From NCBI RefSeq assembly GCF_028641065.1, contig NC_073379.1, positions 39,990,001-40,054,000 of the forward strand: a stretch of DNA of 64,000 bases, written 5' to 3'. Positions 47,255 through 60,650 of the stretch are shown here, piece after piece. The DNA is from Leucoraja erinacea (taxonomy: Eukaryota). Position numbers and translations under genes: made by a program. Position 1 is the stretch's first letter, and each line of letters starts with the position of its first letter. The notes beneath the pieces are model-generated. The model was given only the letters and a program-made list of their open reading frames with translations, was not told the origin of the DNA and did not search any database.

Positions 47255-50005
47255 ATGCAGGTCCTGACCAAGTGCATCCTAGCACATTTTGGGCAGTTGG
47301 GGAACAAATTATGGGAACACTGGCAGAGATAGTTGCACAATTAATAGCAGTAGGTGAGGATGGGTAATTTATGTCTCTATATGAGAAAGACAAGGGATAC
47401 AGGCTGATGAATCTAACATCAGTACGTCAGTGATTGGAAAGGTACTGGATGGGGTTCTAAGAGACAGGATCTGCCTGCATTTGGAAAGCCAAGGACTAAT
47501 TAGGTCAAGTCAGCATGGCTTTGTGCCTCTGAAATCATGTCTCGTGAATTTGATGGAGTTTTGTGAAGTTTCATGCCTACTATATTCTGTCGTGCTGAAG
47601 CAAAGCAAGAATTTCATTGCCCTATCTGGCACACATGACGATAAACTTGCTTGAATCTTGAATCTTGAATCTTGAAAGGTGACTGAAAAGATTAATAAGG
47701 GCAGTAAGTATGGTAGATGTTGTTTACATGGACTTTAGCAAGGCCTTTGACAAGAAACCTCATCGTAGGTTGGTCCAGAAAGTTTGATTGAATGGGATCC
47801 AGGGTGAAGTATCCAACTTGATACCAAATGAGTGTGAAGCTAGGAGATAGAGGGTGGTGGTGAAAGGTTGTTTTTCAGACTGGAGGCCCGTTACAAGTGG
47901 TGTGCCACAAGGATAGGTGTTGGGTCCACTGTTGTCCGTCAACTATATTGAACATTTGGGGATGAGAATGAAGGTGACATAGAAACATAGAAAATTAGGT
48001 GCAGGAGTTGGCCATTCGGCCCTTCGAGCCTGCACCGCCATTCGATATGATCATGGCTGATCATCCAACTCAGTATCCCGTACCTGCCTTCTCTCCATAC
48101 CCCCTGATCCCTCTAGCCACAAGGGCCACATCTAACTCCCTCTTAAACATGCCTAGTAAATCTGGAGATGACACTAAAATAGGTGGGTATTTAAAAAGAC
48201 CAATGCTATTACAACAGGATCTTGAACACCAGGGCCAATTGGCTGAGGATTGGCAGGCAACGTTTCATTCAATAAATACGAGGTGTTGATTTCCATAAAT
48301 TTATGTCACAGGAACAGAATAAGGCATTTGGCCCTTCAAGACCACTCTGCCATTCAATCAGGGATGATCTATCTTAACTTCTCAACCCCATTCTCATGCC
48401 TTTTCCATGTACCCTTTGACATCTTTACTAATCAATCTGTCAATCTCTGCTTTAAAAATATCCAATGATTCAGCCTCCACAGACCATTGTGGCAACGAAT
48501 TCCACAGACTCACCACCCTCTGGCTAAATAAATTCCATCTCACCTCCTTTATAAAGGTATGTCCTTTTATTCTGAGGCTGTGCCCTCTGATCCTAGACTC
48601 TCCCACTATGGAAATATCTTCTCTATATTCGCTCTATCCAGGCCTTTCATTATGCATAAGTTTCAATGGGATCCCCACCCCCCCCCCATCCTTCTTAAAT
48701 TTAGCGAGTACACGCCCAGAGCCGTCAAATGCTTGTTATAAGTTAACCCAATCATCCCTGGGATAATTCTCGTAAATCTCCTCTGGGCCAGCATAGCCCT
48801 CCTCAGATATAGGGCCCAAAACTGCTCACAGCACTCCAAATGTGGTCTGACCAGTGCCTTATAAATGAATGATAACATTGTATTTGCCTTCCTTACTACT
48901 GATTCAACCTGCAAATTAACCTTTTGGGATGTAATGTTAAAATTGTACAAGGCATTGGTGAGGCCAATTCTGGAGCATGGTGTACAATTTTGGTTGCCTA
49001 ATTATAGGAAGGATGTCAACAAAATAGAGAGAGTACAGAGGAGATTTACTAGAATGTTGCCTGGGTTTCAGCAACTAAGTTACAGAGAAAAGCTGAACAA
49101 GTTAGGGCTTTATTCTTTGGAGCGCAGAAGGTTAAGGGGGGACTTGATAGAGGTTTTTTAAATGATGAGAGGGATAGACAGAGTTGACGTGGAAAAGCTT
49201 TTCCCACTGAGAGTAGGGAAGATTCAAACAAGGGGACATGACATGAGAATTAAGGGACTGAAGTTTAGGGGTAACATGAGGGGGAACTTCTTTACTCAGA
49301 GAGTGGTAGCTGTGTGGAATGAGCTTCCAGTGAAGGTGGTGGAGGCAGGTTCGTTTTTATCATTTAAAAATAAATTGGATAGTTATATGGATGGGAAGGG
49401 AATGGAGGGTTATGGTCTGAGTGCAGGTATATGGGACTAGGGGAGATTATGTGTTCGGCACGGACTAGAAGGGTCGAGATGGCCTGTTTCCGTGCTGTAA
49501 TTGTTATATGGTTATTATATGGTTATATGGGAACCCTGCACCAGCACCCTTTGCACCTCCAATTTCTGAATCCTCTCCCTCATTTAGAAAATAGTCTATG
49601 CCTTTATTCCTATTACAAAAGTGTATGACCACACACTTTCAGCCAATATTCTATCCATGCTAGTATGTTTCCTCTAACACCATAGGCTCTCATCTTGTTT
49701 AACAGGTCAGACAAAGCAGGCAGGACTTGAACAATAACTGGTTGGGCCCTGGGAAGTGTTGTAGACCAGAGAGATCTAGGGTTGCATGTACATCATTCCT
49801 TGAATTGGACAACACGCTAGACAGGATGGTGAAGGCAACATTTGGTGTGTTTGCCTTCATTGGTCATGAAGTTGGGATATCATGTTGCATCTGTACAATC
49901 TATTGTTGTCATTAAACTTGAAAGGATTCAGGAATGATTTATGATTATATTATCTGGACTGGAGGATTTGAGCTATGAGAAAAAGATGGATAAACTAGGA
50001 CTAAG
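47255..50005. mobile_element. Multi-level nested CR1 cluster
   Basis: Old + strand RT (QHGFV..SCL, MDFSKAFDK, GVPQG) interrupted by a Rex1-type tail (~47570-47675), CR1-A 3' end (-, 47978-48148) and CR1 (-, 48310-49645), the last itself split by CR1-B (+, 48924-49530). Confidence 0.85.
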
Positions 50006-50954
50006 GATCATGGCAAAATCACTCACATTTTTCAAATCTGTTGCTGGCAAACTGCAAATCTGTTTATTAAATTTAATATTTCATAAAGTTTGAATATGTT
50101 AGATTCCAAAAGTCTCTCACTAAACATTACTAACAGATATTAATTACATTTTACAACAGCATGTTAAATTTGAACAAACTAAATTAAAGAAAATGACAAC
50201 TAGCCAATAACAATATGTTGAAGTACAAACATTATTTATTGGAATTAAAGCTAAAGAATGAGCAATCGGGTTGACAGTGAAAATGTCAATTTATTCATGT
50301 GATATAGATACAGTATCTCTGGGAGGGTAATATTGTTGCCCATCTCTAATTGCTCCTAGAAGGTGTTGAAGAGCCATTGTCCTGAACTGCTGCAGGTCAG
50401 GCTGTGACTGTTCATGTAACAACCTTTGATTCTGAAAGCCTACCTTGCCCCAACTGGCTACTAATAATTTAAAAATGAATAGGTATGAGGCTGTGGTAAT
50501 GTTTTTCCATTTGTCATCCCATCTATTTTTTTTTTCAACTCTTACCACAGCAGACCCTCTCGAGATTACCTGATGGTCAGTCAGAAATTGATTGTTGCTC
50601 CCTGACTGAATTTTCCAACTCAAAAATCCTTCTGCGTAATCTAGGTTTGCACACCTTATGATGAGCTGTCTGTCAAGATGTGTCAAACCAGCTGCAAGTT
50701 AGTATTTTCCCCAGAGAGAGAGCCCGGTGCCATTTAGGCTCACCTACAGTACGTCTGCATCAGAAGATAATGTCACTCCAGAGACGAGGCTACAAAATCC
50801 AGACTGACACTCTCGCTGCAGTGCAAGAGAGTGCTGCACTTGTGAGAGGTGGGATGTTGATCCAAGGCCCCACTCCACGGCACTATTTCAAAGAACAAGC
50901 AGTGTTCTTTCAGTTCCACGGTCAAAATATAATCTCCATTCACCATCATTCGAA

Positions 50955-51290
50955 AGAAGATGTTTCAACTTGTGGGAGAATCTAGGACCAGAGGCCACAG
51001 CCACAGCATAAAAGGACGTACCTTTAGAAAGGAGATGAGGAGGAACTTATTTAGTCAGAGAGTGGTGAATCCTTGGAGTTCATTACCACTGACGACTGTG
51101 GAGGCCAAGTCAATGGATATTTTTAAAGTGATTAGATTGATAGATTCTTGATTAGTACGGGTGTCAGGGGTTATGGGGAGCAGGCAGATGAATGAGGTTA
51201 GGAGGGAGAGATAGATCAGCCATGATTGAATGGCGGAGTAGACTTGATGGGCCAAATGACCTAAATCTCCTCCTATAACTGATGAACATG
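50955..51290 (+). mobile_element. CR1 3' fragment
   Basis: GESRTRGHS..RRNLFSQRVVN. Confidence 0.85.
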
Positions 51291-52320
51291 AGGATTACCT
51301 ACTAGTGTTACCATTGGAGATTACAGTGCACAAACTGACTCCCAATGTTGTAAAGGAGAACTGTGACCACATTTCAACAGAGATCTATTCATTGGTTGTG
51401 AAGCACCACCTTGAGATTTTGAAAGACATCACATAAATGCGCATAAGTTTTGTGATGGCAATGTAAATTTGAATCGTCGCTGAGTTGAGGAATGCACTGG
51501 GAGCAGGACATTTTTCACAGCAGCTGTTTCATCTCTTGTGCATATTTAAAACATTACTCATTAAATATTAGAACAGATCAAATCTACAATACAGCTCATC
51601 CACATCAATGAAACAATCAATGATGTAATGAAATGCTTCCGGGAGATAATTATCTTAAAGATAAACTGCATCAGGATTCTGTGCTTAATTTCATGCAATT
51701 CTGTGTACCCATCACTCTCCTGGTCCAGTGAGCCACTTTGCGCCCAGCGGGCAAACCTTCTGCTTTAAAATTCTTACCCTTGTATCAAATACCTCCTTCT
51801 TCAGAACTGCAACCTCATCCCCCCACCCGCCTCCTACCACATCAGCCTAACAACCACTGACACCTATCTGTAAAGTTCCCTAACCCTCTTATCCTCTAAA
51901 ATATCTGCACTCTTCTACTCCTACTCTGATTTGAATCTCATCCCCACTGGCCCCTATAAGTTTTGCTGTCAAAACACTGGAGCTTCCTCAATTGTCTGCT
52001 TCGCTTTCCTCCTGTAAAATGTTCCACAAATCCCACCTTTGCCCAAGCTTTTGGGCACCTGACTTCAGAATGTGTTTTTGATTGTTCCTTGGGATTCCTT
52101 GTTATGTTAAAGATTCCTTATAAATCCAATTTATTGTTAGTTCAGAAATTGTCACATTGCAATGGTGAGTTCACTTCAAAAATATACTTTATTGGCGCTT
52201 TGTGATAGCAAGTGGCGCCGTGTAAATGTGACCTTAATACCTTCATTTATCTTCATCCTAGGATATCTTCCAGTGCTTCCTTGCTCCAGGTTTCCTTATG
52301 TAGGGAACCATGGAATGTAA

Positions 52321-52668
52321 TGGGCTTGTCCCACTTACGTGACTTTTTCGGCGACTGCCGTCACCCGTCATAGGTCGTTGCAGGTCACCGAAAATTTTCA
52401 ACATGTTGAAAATCCAGCGGCGACCAGAACAAGGTACGACTCTTTGGGCGACTACTCACGATCATATAGGCTTCACCCAGCGACATGTCGCCAGGGTGTT
52501 GCCTGTGTGGTCATGAGTAGTCTCCTCAGTCGCCCAAAGAGTCGTAGTGTCTTTCTGGTTGCCGCTGGATTTTCAACATTGAAAACGTTGACAATTTTCG
52601 GCGACCTGCAACGACCTATGACGGGTGCCGGCAGTCGCCTAAAAGGCCGTGTAAGCGAGACAGGCCCA
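52321..52668. mobile_element. PIF/Harbinger-like palindromic MITE
   Basis: TIRs TGGGCTTGTCCCACTTAC / GTAAGCGAGACAGGCCCA; whole element self-complementary; flanks TAA / TCA. Confidence 0.85.
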
Positions 52669-53067
52669 TCAGCCACAAATATCAGTTCTTGAAAACCTGC
52701 AAAAGCCCAGTGGTCATCTCTCTCCTATCTTCTGGATAAACCATGCTTCTTCTCCAAGCTGTGCTGCTACTCCATCATTGTTGGTCCTTTGCACCCTACC
52801 TCATCTCTGCTATTTAGTGTCGCTTGTTGTGAAACCAGTCTGATAAATATTTACACTTTTTTTAAAATCCAGCTTCATCTTCTAGCGGTAGATGGGGTGT
52901 TATCAGTTTAGTTTTTAATTCATTCCATGGCAGTGACAAACTCAAACATTTGTTGTTCATCTGCTGTTGATTAGCCTTGGGAAAGTGGTGAGAAGCTGCC
53001 ATGTAGAAACACTTGCATTGGAGAAAGCCTAGTGATTTGATGCAATCTAATGGCTCCCTGGGGCTAT

Positions 53068-53145
53068 TAAAAGTCAACTACATTGCTATGGGTCTGGAGT
53101 CATCTATAGGCCAGACCGGGTAAGGCAGCATGTTTTCATCCTCAA
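53068..53145. mobile_element. Ancient DeuSINE (SacSINE1-like) core fragment
   Basis: GTCAACTACATTGCTATGGGTCTGGAGTCATCTATAGGCCAGACCGGGTAAGG resembles the recalled elasmobranch Deu-domain SINE sequence. Confidence 0.45.
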
Positions 53146-53639
53146 ACTGAGTACGTAGAAGCAAACTCGGAAATCCATGTTGCAGCCACCGATCCTTGCT
53201 TCCTCACAGTGTACATGGATTTGAATCTTTTTCCAGTGTAATCCTCAGAAAGCTGACTAAATCCTCTATCTGTTTCCAAACGACTTCACTGAACAAAACT
53301 CTAAAATGCAGTGCAAGTGTTGGCATCCTGAGTCGTTATTACTGCTTAGCAACCATGCTGGCCCCTATAAACTAACGTTTATATGTGTGGGTTGTAATTC
53401 CCTCTGATAAATACTTTAAAGAGGCATTTAAATTGTAAAATAATGAAAGTGTGCCTTGAATATATTAGCCTCCATGTTAATCTTCTATATATTATAATCG
53501 CATTGTAAATATATTTTTGTAATTTGGATAAATGTTTCTCTATTTGCATCCTGGTAGGTTGACTGTTAGAATTCTTTGATGTTTCTGGCTGTTGAGCAGT
53601 TAATGATATCACTGCCGCTGGGATCTTGTACAATCTAAA

Positions 53640-54835
53640 ACATACACAAACTGCTGGACAAATTAGCGGGTCAGGCAGCATCTATGGGGAACGTGAATAA
53701 GGCAACTTACCCTTATTCAGACTGATTCTAGTGGGGGGGGGGGGGGAGGGAGCTGGAAGAATGGTGCAAGCAGGACAAAGTGATAGGTGGATAGAGGGGG
53801 GGGGGGAGGGCGGGGGGGGTTTGGAAAGCAGATGGTTGGACAAAGGCCAAAGATGAAAACACAAATCGTATAAGAGGACAAGGATAGAAAAAGCAGGAAA
53901 TGTGAAGCCAAAGGAAGAAATATGTGTGGAGGGAGTTTGTATGGGGAAGGGGAAAAGGAGAAATTGATGCACATCCAAGTGGGGCACAAGGAAGAGAGAG
54001 GGAAAAAAAGGGAATGGAGGGGGGGGGGGGGGGGGGGGGGGGGAGGGGGGTTGTAGGTTAGTTTAGTTACCTAAGATTAGAGAATTCAATGTTCATACCG
54101 CTGTTGTAAACTACCGGTGGAATATGAGGTGCTGTTCCTCCAGGTTGCGTGTTGCCTCATTCTGACAGTGGAGGACGCCCAGGACAGTAAATTCAGTATG
54201 GGACTGGGAAGAGCAGTTAAAACGGTTAGCAACTGGGAGATTCAGCAGGCCTTGGTGGACCGTACAGAGGTGTGTGGCAAAACAGTCGCCAAGCATATCC
54301 ATGGTCTCACCGATGTAAAGGAGGCCACATTTGGACCACCAAACGAAGTAGATGAGGTTAGAGGAGGCGCATGTGAATCTCTGTCTCATTTGGAAGGGCT
54401 GCCGGGGTCCCTGGATGGATGTGAGGCAGGAGGTTTAGAGACAGGTTATTACATCTCCTGCGGTTGCAGAGGAAAGTATCTGTTGAGGGGGTGGTTTGGA
54501 TGGGAAGGGATGGGTGAGCCAAGGAACAGAGGGAGTGGTCTATGTGGAAAGAGGTGGGGCCCAGAACATGTGACTGGTGGTTGGATCACAATGCGGATGG
54601 CAGATTTGTGGAGAATGATCTAGTGGATGCGGAGGTCGCTAGGGTGAATGGTGAGGACCAGGGGAGCTCTAACCTTGTTCTGTCTGGTGGGGTGGGGGGG
54701 GGGGGGGGGGGGGGGGGGGAGGGGGGGAGCAAAGCTGAACTGCAGACACAGAAGTGACCCAAGTAAGGGATCCACCTAGTTCAGCAGGGGGGAGGGGAAA
54801 CCACGTTTACAAAAGGAAGAGGACATCTCGGATTG
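53640..54835 (-). mobile_element. Penelope-like element 3' part (GIY-YIG endonuclease)
   Basis: ORF 54111-54389 RQRFTCASSNLIYFVWWSKCGLLYIGET..VANRFN..LEEQHLIF. Confidence 0.88.
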
Positions 54836-55640
54836 TCTGGTGAACCGAGCTATCTGACAACGACCAAAATTGGAAATTCAGAACGGCCTCCGAAGAATAT
54901 TCCTCATAATAATCTCGAATCCATTGTGAGGAATAATCTTTAGGATCAACTGTTAGCATTGTTCCTGCTGACCATGAATCCAAACAACGGATTAGTCCAA
55001 TACTGCTTGTTTATGCCAAAAGCAGCAGGCATTTATTCTTTTTGTAACTTAGTAAGAATGTGGCTAAGATTGCACTGTGTCCGTGTCACATTTTGGCTAA
55101 TCTGTAAGGAGTCATGTGATCTAGTGGAATCATGTGATTTGGAGCATAAAATTGAACATCTCTTAGTATTCACCACACACAGAGCTGATTCGATTCCAAT
55201 GCTTTCTGCATGAGTGCATGACAGAGCAATGGAGTGCACTGTTGTATCATTACAATAGCTGGAACATTGCCACTTAATGCTGCAACAGATAATATTAATG
55301 CCATTTCTAATGAGTGTGGGTCATGCATTTAAATTTAGCATCCCATTAAAAGAGCAAACTTTCTCATGCAGCACATTTGACACTTGCTATCATCCCAGCA
55401 ACCCATGGCCTTCCATATGTTATGCAAATCAATCTCAACCTTTGTTTGCTGTGAATGTCTCACATTACAAATGTTAAAGAACACAGAGTGCGGGAGTAAC
55501 TCAGCACATGCGGCAGCATCGCTGGATTGATTGATATTATTTTATTTTCACATGTCAGAGAGTGAAATTCTTTGTTTTGCATACCATGCACAAGGTATGC
55601 AAAGAATCGCCACGTATAGGGTGCCTATACAAAGTGATCA

Positions 55641-56580
55641 ATGTAGACAAAAATGCTGGGGAAACTCAGCGGGTGAGGCAGCATCTATGGAGCAATGGAA
55701 TAGGTGACATTTCGGGTCAAGACCTTCTTCAGACTGATGTGGGGGGGGGGGGGGGGGGCAGGAAGAAGAAAGGAAGAGGTGGAGACAGTGGGATGTTGGA
55801 GAGCTGGGAAAGGGGAGGGGAAGGAGGGAGAAAGCAAGGACTACCTGAAATTGGAGAAGTCAATGTTCATACCGCTGGGGTGTAAACTACCCAAGCGAAA
55901 TATGAGGTGCTGCTCCTCCAATTTACGGTGGGACTCACTCTGGCCATGGAGGTGGCCCAGGACAGAAAGGTCGGATTCGGAATGGGAGGGGGAGTTGAAG
56001 TGCTGAGCCACCAGCAGATCAGGTTGGTTATCGCGAACTGAGCGGAGATGTTGGGTGAAGCGATTACCTAGTCTCCGCTTGGTCTCACCGATGTAGAACA
56101 GCTGACACCTAGAGCAGCGGATGCAATAGATGAGGTTGGAGGAGGTGCAGGTGAACCACTGCCATGCCTGGAAAGACTGCTTAGGTCCTTGGATAGAATC
56201 AAGGGGGGAGGTGAAGCAACAAGTGTAGCATTTCCTGCGGTTGCAAGGGAAAGTACCAGGGGAGGGGATGGTTAGAGTGGGAAGGGACGAATGGACCAGG
56301 GAGTTACGGAGGGAGCAGTCTCTGTGCGGATATAAGGAGGAGATGGGAAGATGTGGCCAGTGGTGCGATCCCGTTGGAGGTGGCGAAAATGTTGGAGGAT
56401 TATCTATTGTATGTGACGGCTGGTAGGGTGGAAGGTGAGGACAAGGGGGACTCTGCCCTTGTTACGAGTGGGGGGGGGAGAGCAGAGTTACGTGATATAG
56501 AAGAGACCCTGGTGAGAACCTCATCTATAGTTGAAGAGGGGAATCCCCGTTCCCTAAAGAATGAGGACATCTCCGATGCC
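55641..56580 (-). mobile_element. Penelope-like element 3' part, younger copy
   Basis: SEMSSFFRERGFPS; antisense CTSSNLIYCIRCSRCQLFYIGETKRRL..LEEQHLIFRLG; terminal repeat with hammerhead-like core. Confidence 0.9.
55703..55734 (-). ncRNA. Minimal hammerhead-ribozyme-like core in Penelope terminal repeat
   Basis: Minus strand GT-CTGAAGA-AGGTCTTGACCC-GAAATGTC-ACC: both catalytic boxes, stem II, GUC triplet. Confidence 0.55.
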
Positions 56581-56856
56581 AGGGTTGGGATCAATGTAGT
56601 CCCCAATGGTCGCTCTTTGTTCTAAGCGGCCCATCAATAGGTGGTGTTACCCTTCTTCAGACTGATGTGCTGAAGTAGGGGCTGTGGAAGAGAGAAGAGG
56701 CTGGCCAAATGGACACAGTGTGGCAGATGACAGTTTACATAGGCAAGGGTATGTTTGATGGGGAGATGGTAGGAACAAAGGCCAGAGAGAAAGCAGATGT
56801 GAATAGGATTGGAGTGTTGCGAATTGTGTAGCTAGGGGAATGTTGGCAGGGCTGAT

Positions 56857-56889
<33 letters not shown>

Positions 56890-57164
56890 GGGGGAAGTAG
56901 GGGGAGCCCTGGGGGGGCACAAGGTGGAGAAAAGGTGAGAAAGGGGGTTGTGAGGGAGAAAGGGGATGTTCGTACCGTTGGGTGCAAGTATTAGTTACTT
57001 TTCTGCTACAGCAACTCTCTCTCTGAAGGTATCACTTATTTGGGGGAAAAAAACACATAAAAAGTAATGTTTCTCAACCACTAGATTCACAATGCAGGGC
57101 ATCCTGAATGTAGCCAAATGCCCCTGAGTGCTTTATAGGAGTGTCAACAAACAACATGTGGCAT

Positions 57165-57470
57165 TTTAGTTTAGAGATACAATGTGGAAAAACTCACTTT
57201 AGCCCACCAAGTCCACTCCGACCAGCGATCTCTGCACATTAACACTATCCTACACACACTAGGGACAATTTACATTTTTACCAAATCCAAATAACTTACA
57301 AACTTGTACATTTTTGGAGTGTGGGAGGAAGCTGGAGTACCCAGAGAAAACCCATGTGGTCACGGGGAGAACGTATGAACTCTGTACAGACTGCACCCAT
57401 AGTCAGGATCTAACCCGGATCTCTGGCGCTGAAAGGCAGCAACTCTACCGCTGCGCCACTGTTCCGTCCC
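57165..57470 (-). mobile_element. HE1-like V-SINE, full length
   Basis: Antisense A box TGGCGCAGCGG, B-box-like GGTTAGATCC, conserved core, (CTAAA) tail. Confidence 0.88.
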
Positions 57471-58214
57471 CAAGATGTAAATAGATTAGGATGGCAACCA
57501 AAGGCTTGTCTAAGATGATATTTTTTTTATGGAGCATTTTAAAGGAGATGGTTTGGGTAGAGGGAATTCGAGAGAAAATTCCAGATCTTAGGACCTCAGA
57601 AAGCACATTCTTCCACAAATCGATCTCAATAGCACCATCACTGTGTACTCCGATACCATGGGTTGGGTACAAGGCTTATTGCCTCTCTTATTTCCATCTA
57701 TTTAGTTGAATACGTCACCAGAAGCTGATGACTTCTGTACAATTATAGCAGCATGAACCAAAACCTGTTTGGTATAAATGCAGACACCTACAGACATTTT
57801 CACACTCATTTGTGGAAAATGGAGGTTACGGACATGGTTAATATTTATCACCTATATCTCTTGAGAAGGAGATGACGAGTTATGTTCATGAACTGCCGGA
57901 ACTGTTGGACTCTACAAAGCAATGGCGGCCCCACTGTGCTGTTGGGCAACATTTGGTTTCAAAATTTGTGCCTATTTATAATGAGGGGATGGCAATATAT
58001 TTCCAAGTCAGAAAAATCTGTATTTGACATTGCTTCCTTGCATCTGCTGCCGTTGGTGGGAGTGATCACAGGCCCGGGTGGCATTGTGAAATAATCCCTG
58101 GGAAGTAATGGCCGTGCGCTTTATGGATGGAACAAGATGGTAGCTGCACTCCTCCTCTGATGGTGAATGGAGTGAATAATTAAGGTGGATGTTCGTGTGG
58201 TGATCAGAGTGGCC

Positions 58215-58545
58215 TGGATGGAGTGAATGTGGAGAGGACGTGCCCACTAGTGGGAAAGTCTAGGACCAGAGCCCGTAGCCTCGGAATAAAAGGACGTACC
58301 TTTAGAAAGGAGCTGAGAAGTAATTTCTTTGGTCAGATGGTGGTGCATCTGTGGAATTCATTGGCACAGACGGCCGTGGAGGCCAAGTCAATGGATATAT
58401 TTAAGGCAGAGATTGACAGATTCTTGATTAGTATGGGTGTCAGGGGTTATGGGGCGAAAGCAGGAGAATGGGGTTGGGTGGGAGAGATCGATCAGCCATG
58501 ATTGAATGGTGGTGTAGACCTCATGGGCCGAATATCCTGCTCATA
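58215..58545 (+). mobile_element. CR1 3' fragment
   Basis: ORF 58223-58501 GKSRTR..HLWNSL..IFKAEIDRFL. Confidence 0.85.
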
Positions 58546-58967
58546 GAAATTATGAAGTTATGTTCAAGCAAAGTTGCCTTGCTCTGGACAGTCTTAACAT
58601 TTTTGGAGTTACATTCAAGACAATGGGGTGAGAGGCGGTGATCAGCAAGAGGCAACACGATGAACATAGACTGGCTGAACAGCATGTAGGAGGAATGATT
58701 CAAGGCTCTGACTAAACCTCTGTGGTATCTGATAATGCAATTATTGCCATATGATCAATTATCAGAGTAGCCTAATTAGTTATCCCTTATTAATATCTGT
58801 GCGGGTAGAAATATATCAGTCTCACAGTGAGAATAGATAACCATCTTCACCAGGATTTGGGTTAGCAGATACTAACATAGGCACGAGTTAACTCTGCCAT
58901 TAAGACTGTGCATATGGATGAGCATGTGTGATAAGGGTCAGCCAGGGTCACATTTCTCACTGTTCTC

Positions 58968-59140
58968 NNNNNNNNNNNNNNNNNNNNNNNNNNNNNNNNN
59001 NNNNNNNNNNNNNNNNNNNNNNNNNNNNNNNNNNNNNNNNNNNNNNNNNNNNNNNNNNNNNNNNNNNNNNNNNNNNNNNNNNNNNNNNNNNNNNNNNNNN
59101 NNNNNNNNNNNNNNNNNNNNNNNNNNNNNNNNNNNNNNNN
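58968..59140. other. Assembly gap
   Basis: Run of N. Confidence 1.
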
Positions 59141-59719
59141 TCACCACTCTCCTGGTGACTAACTATTGACTATCCTGCAGAAGCACGACCACAGATAGCC
59201 AAAGAGGCTCACTGCCCTCGTTGCCCCTGCATTTCCCCAAGGGGCTCAGACAATCCTGGCCACAAATTGCTTTCACTCTGCAAACCTTTGACATTTGTCC
59301 TATCGATTTGAGTTGCTCTTTCAGAAGGTTTTTGATCTAATGCCATTTAACAGTCCCCTACTATTCAATTTTCTCCTCTTTACTGAACTTTCATTCACAT
59401 CTCCACGTCAGTACTTCCCAATATTTTATGAATGAAATTCCCAGTTCTTCACACGCAATGCAGTACAACTCCCCTGACCTGGCACCACAAGCGCCCCTAT
59501 GATGCAATCTCCAGTTCCTTTAAAGGTTTTGGGACTGCCCTGAGGATTTATTTATAGAGGGTAGTAGCAAGTTTACAAGTGGGGCACCTGCAAGGAACCC
59601 ATTGAGTCCATTGACCCCATGAGTTTCATTTCCTTACTTGTTTCCTATAACCTATTCTCCCTCACATGCCCATCCAGTCTTCTGTCATAACACTACTCAT
59701 GAAGACCATGTAAACCCTG

Positions 59720-60650
59720 GGTAGACACAAAATGTTGGAGTCACTCAGTGGGACAGGCAACATCTCTGGAGAGAAGGAATGGGTGACATTTCGGGTCGAG
59801 ACCCTTCTTTAGACATCTGCAGTTCATTCTTACACATTTTGTACCTTCTCACCAGAGAGGCTATCTTGCCCGCTGCTGAAAGACTCATCCATGCCTTCAT
59901 CTCCTCCCGACTGGACTATTGCAACTCACTTCTCCTTGGCATCAGCTCCATGTACATCAACCAACTCCAATTGGTCCAGAACGCAGCCGCCCGACTCATC
60001 ACCCACACCAAATCCTGGCCTCACATCACTCCAGTCCTCAAACAACTTCACTGGCTTCCCATCTCCCACCGGATCACCTACAAAATCCTGATCCTCACCT
60101 ACAAAGCCCTCCACCATCTGTCCCCCCCATATCTCACTGACCTCCTCTCCCCCTACCAACCCTCAAGGTCCCTCAGATCCACATCAGCCGGTCTCCTCTC
60201 CATCCACAAGTCCAACCTCCACAGTTTTGGGGACAGAGCCTTCTCCAGGGCAGCTCCCAGGCTCTGGAACTCCCTCCCCCAACTGATCCGCAATTCCGTG
60301 TCCCTCACCATCTTCCAGTCCCGCCTCAAGACCCATCTTCACCTCTGCCTATCCTTAGCCCCACGTGCCGTCCCTTTTCATCTGTGCATTAATTGCCTCA
60401 TACTGTGTTTTGTATTGAATTCTGTATTTACTTTGTGTACTAGTCATGTCTCTACTATTTATTGCATTCCCCTTACATGTTTTTCCTCTACCTGCTAAAT
60501 TTTTGTAAGGTGTCCTTGAGACTCTTGAAAGGCGCCCATAAATAAAATTTATTATTATTATTATTAGAGAGGCTGCCTGACCCGCTGAGTTACTCCAGCA
60601 TATTGTGTCTACCTTCAAATTAAACCAGCATCTGCAGTTCTTTCCTACCC
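59720..60650. mobile_element. Palindromic Penelope-derived mini-element split by L2
   Basis: GTAGACACAAAATGTTGGAGTCACTCAG (59720) inverted to CTGAGTTACTCCAGCATATTGTGTCTAC (~60585-60612). Confidence 0.75.
59863..60565 (+). mobile_element. L2 LINE 3' fragment with 9-bp TSD
   Basis: LIHAFISSRLDYCNSLL..LQLVQNAAARL..LHWLP..GDRAFSRAAPRLWNSLP; (ATT)n tail; AGAGAGGCT at 59854-59862 and 60566-60574. Confidence 0.93.

Noticed and set aside
57430-57470. tRNA gene
   Set aside because: A/B boxes belong to the SINE head; no cloverleaf or T-run terminator
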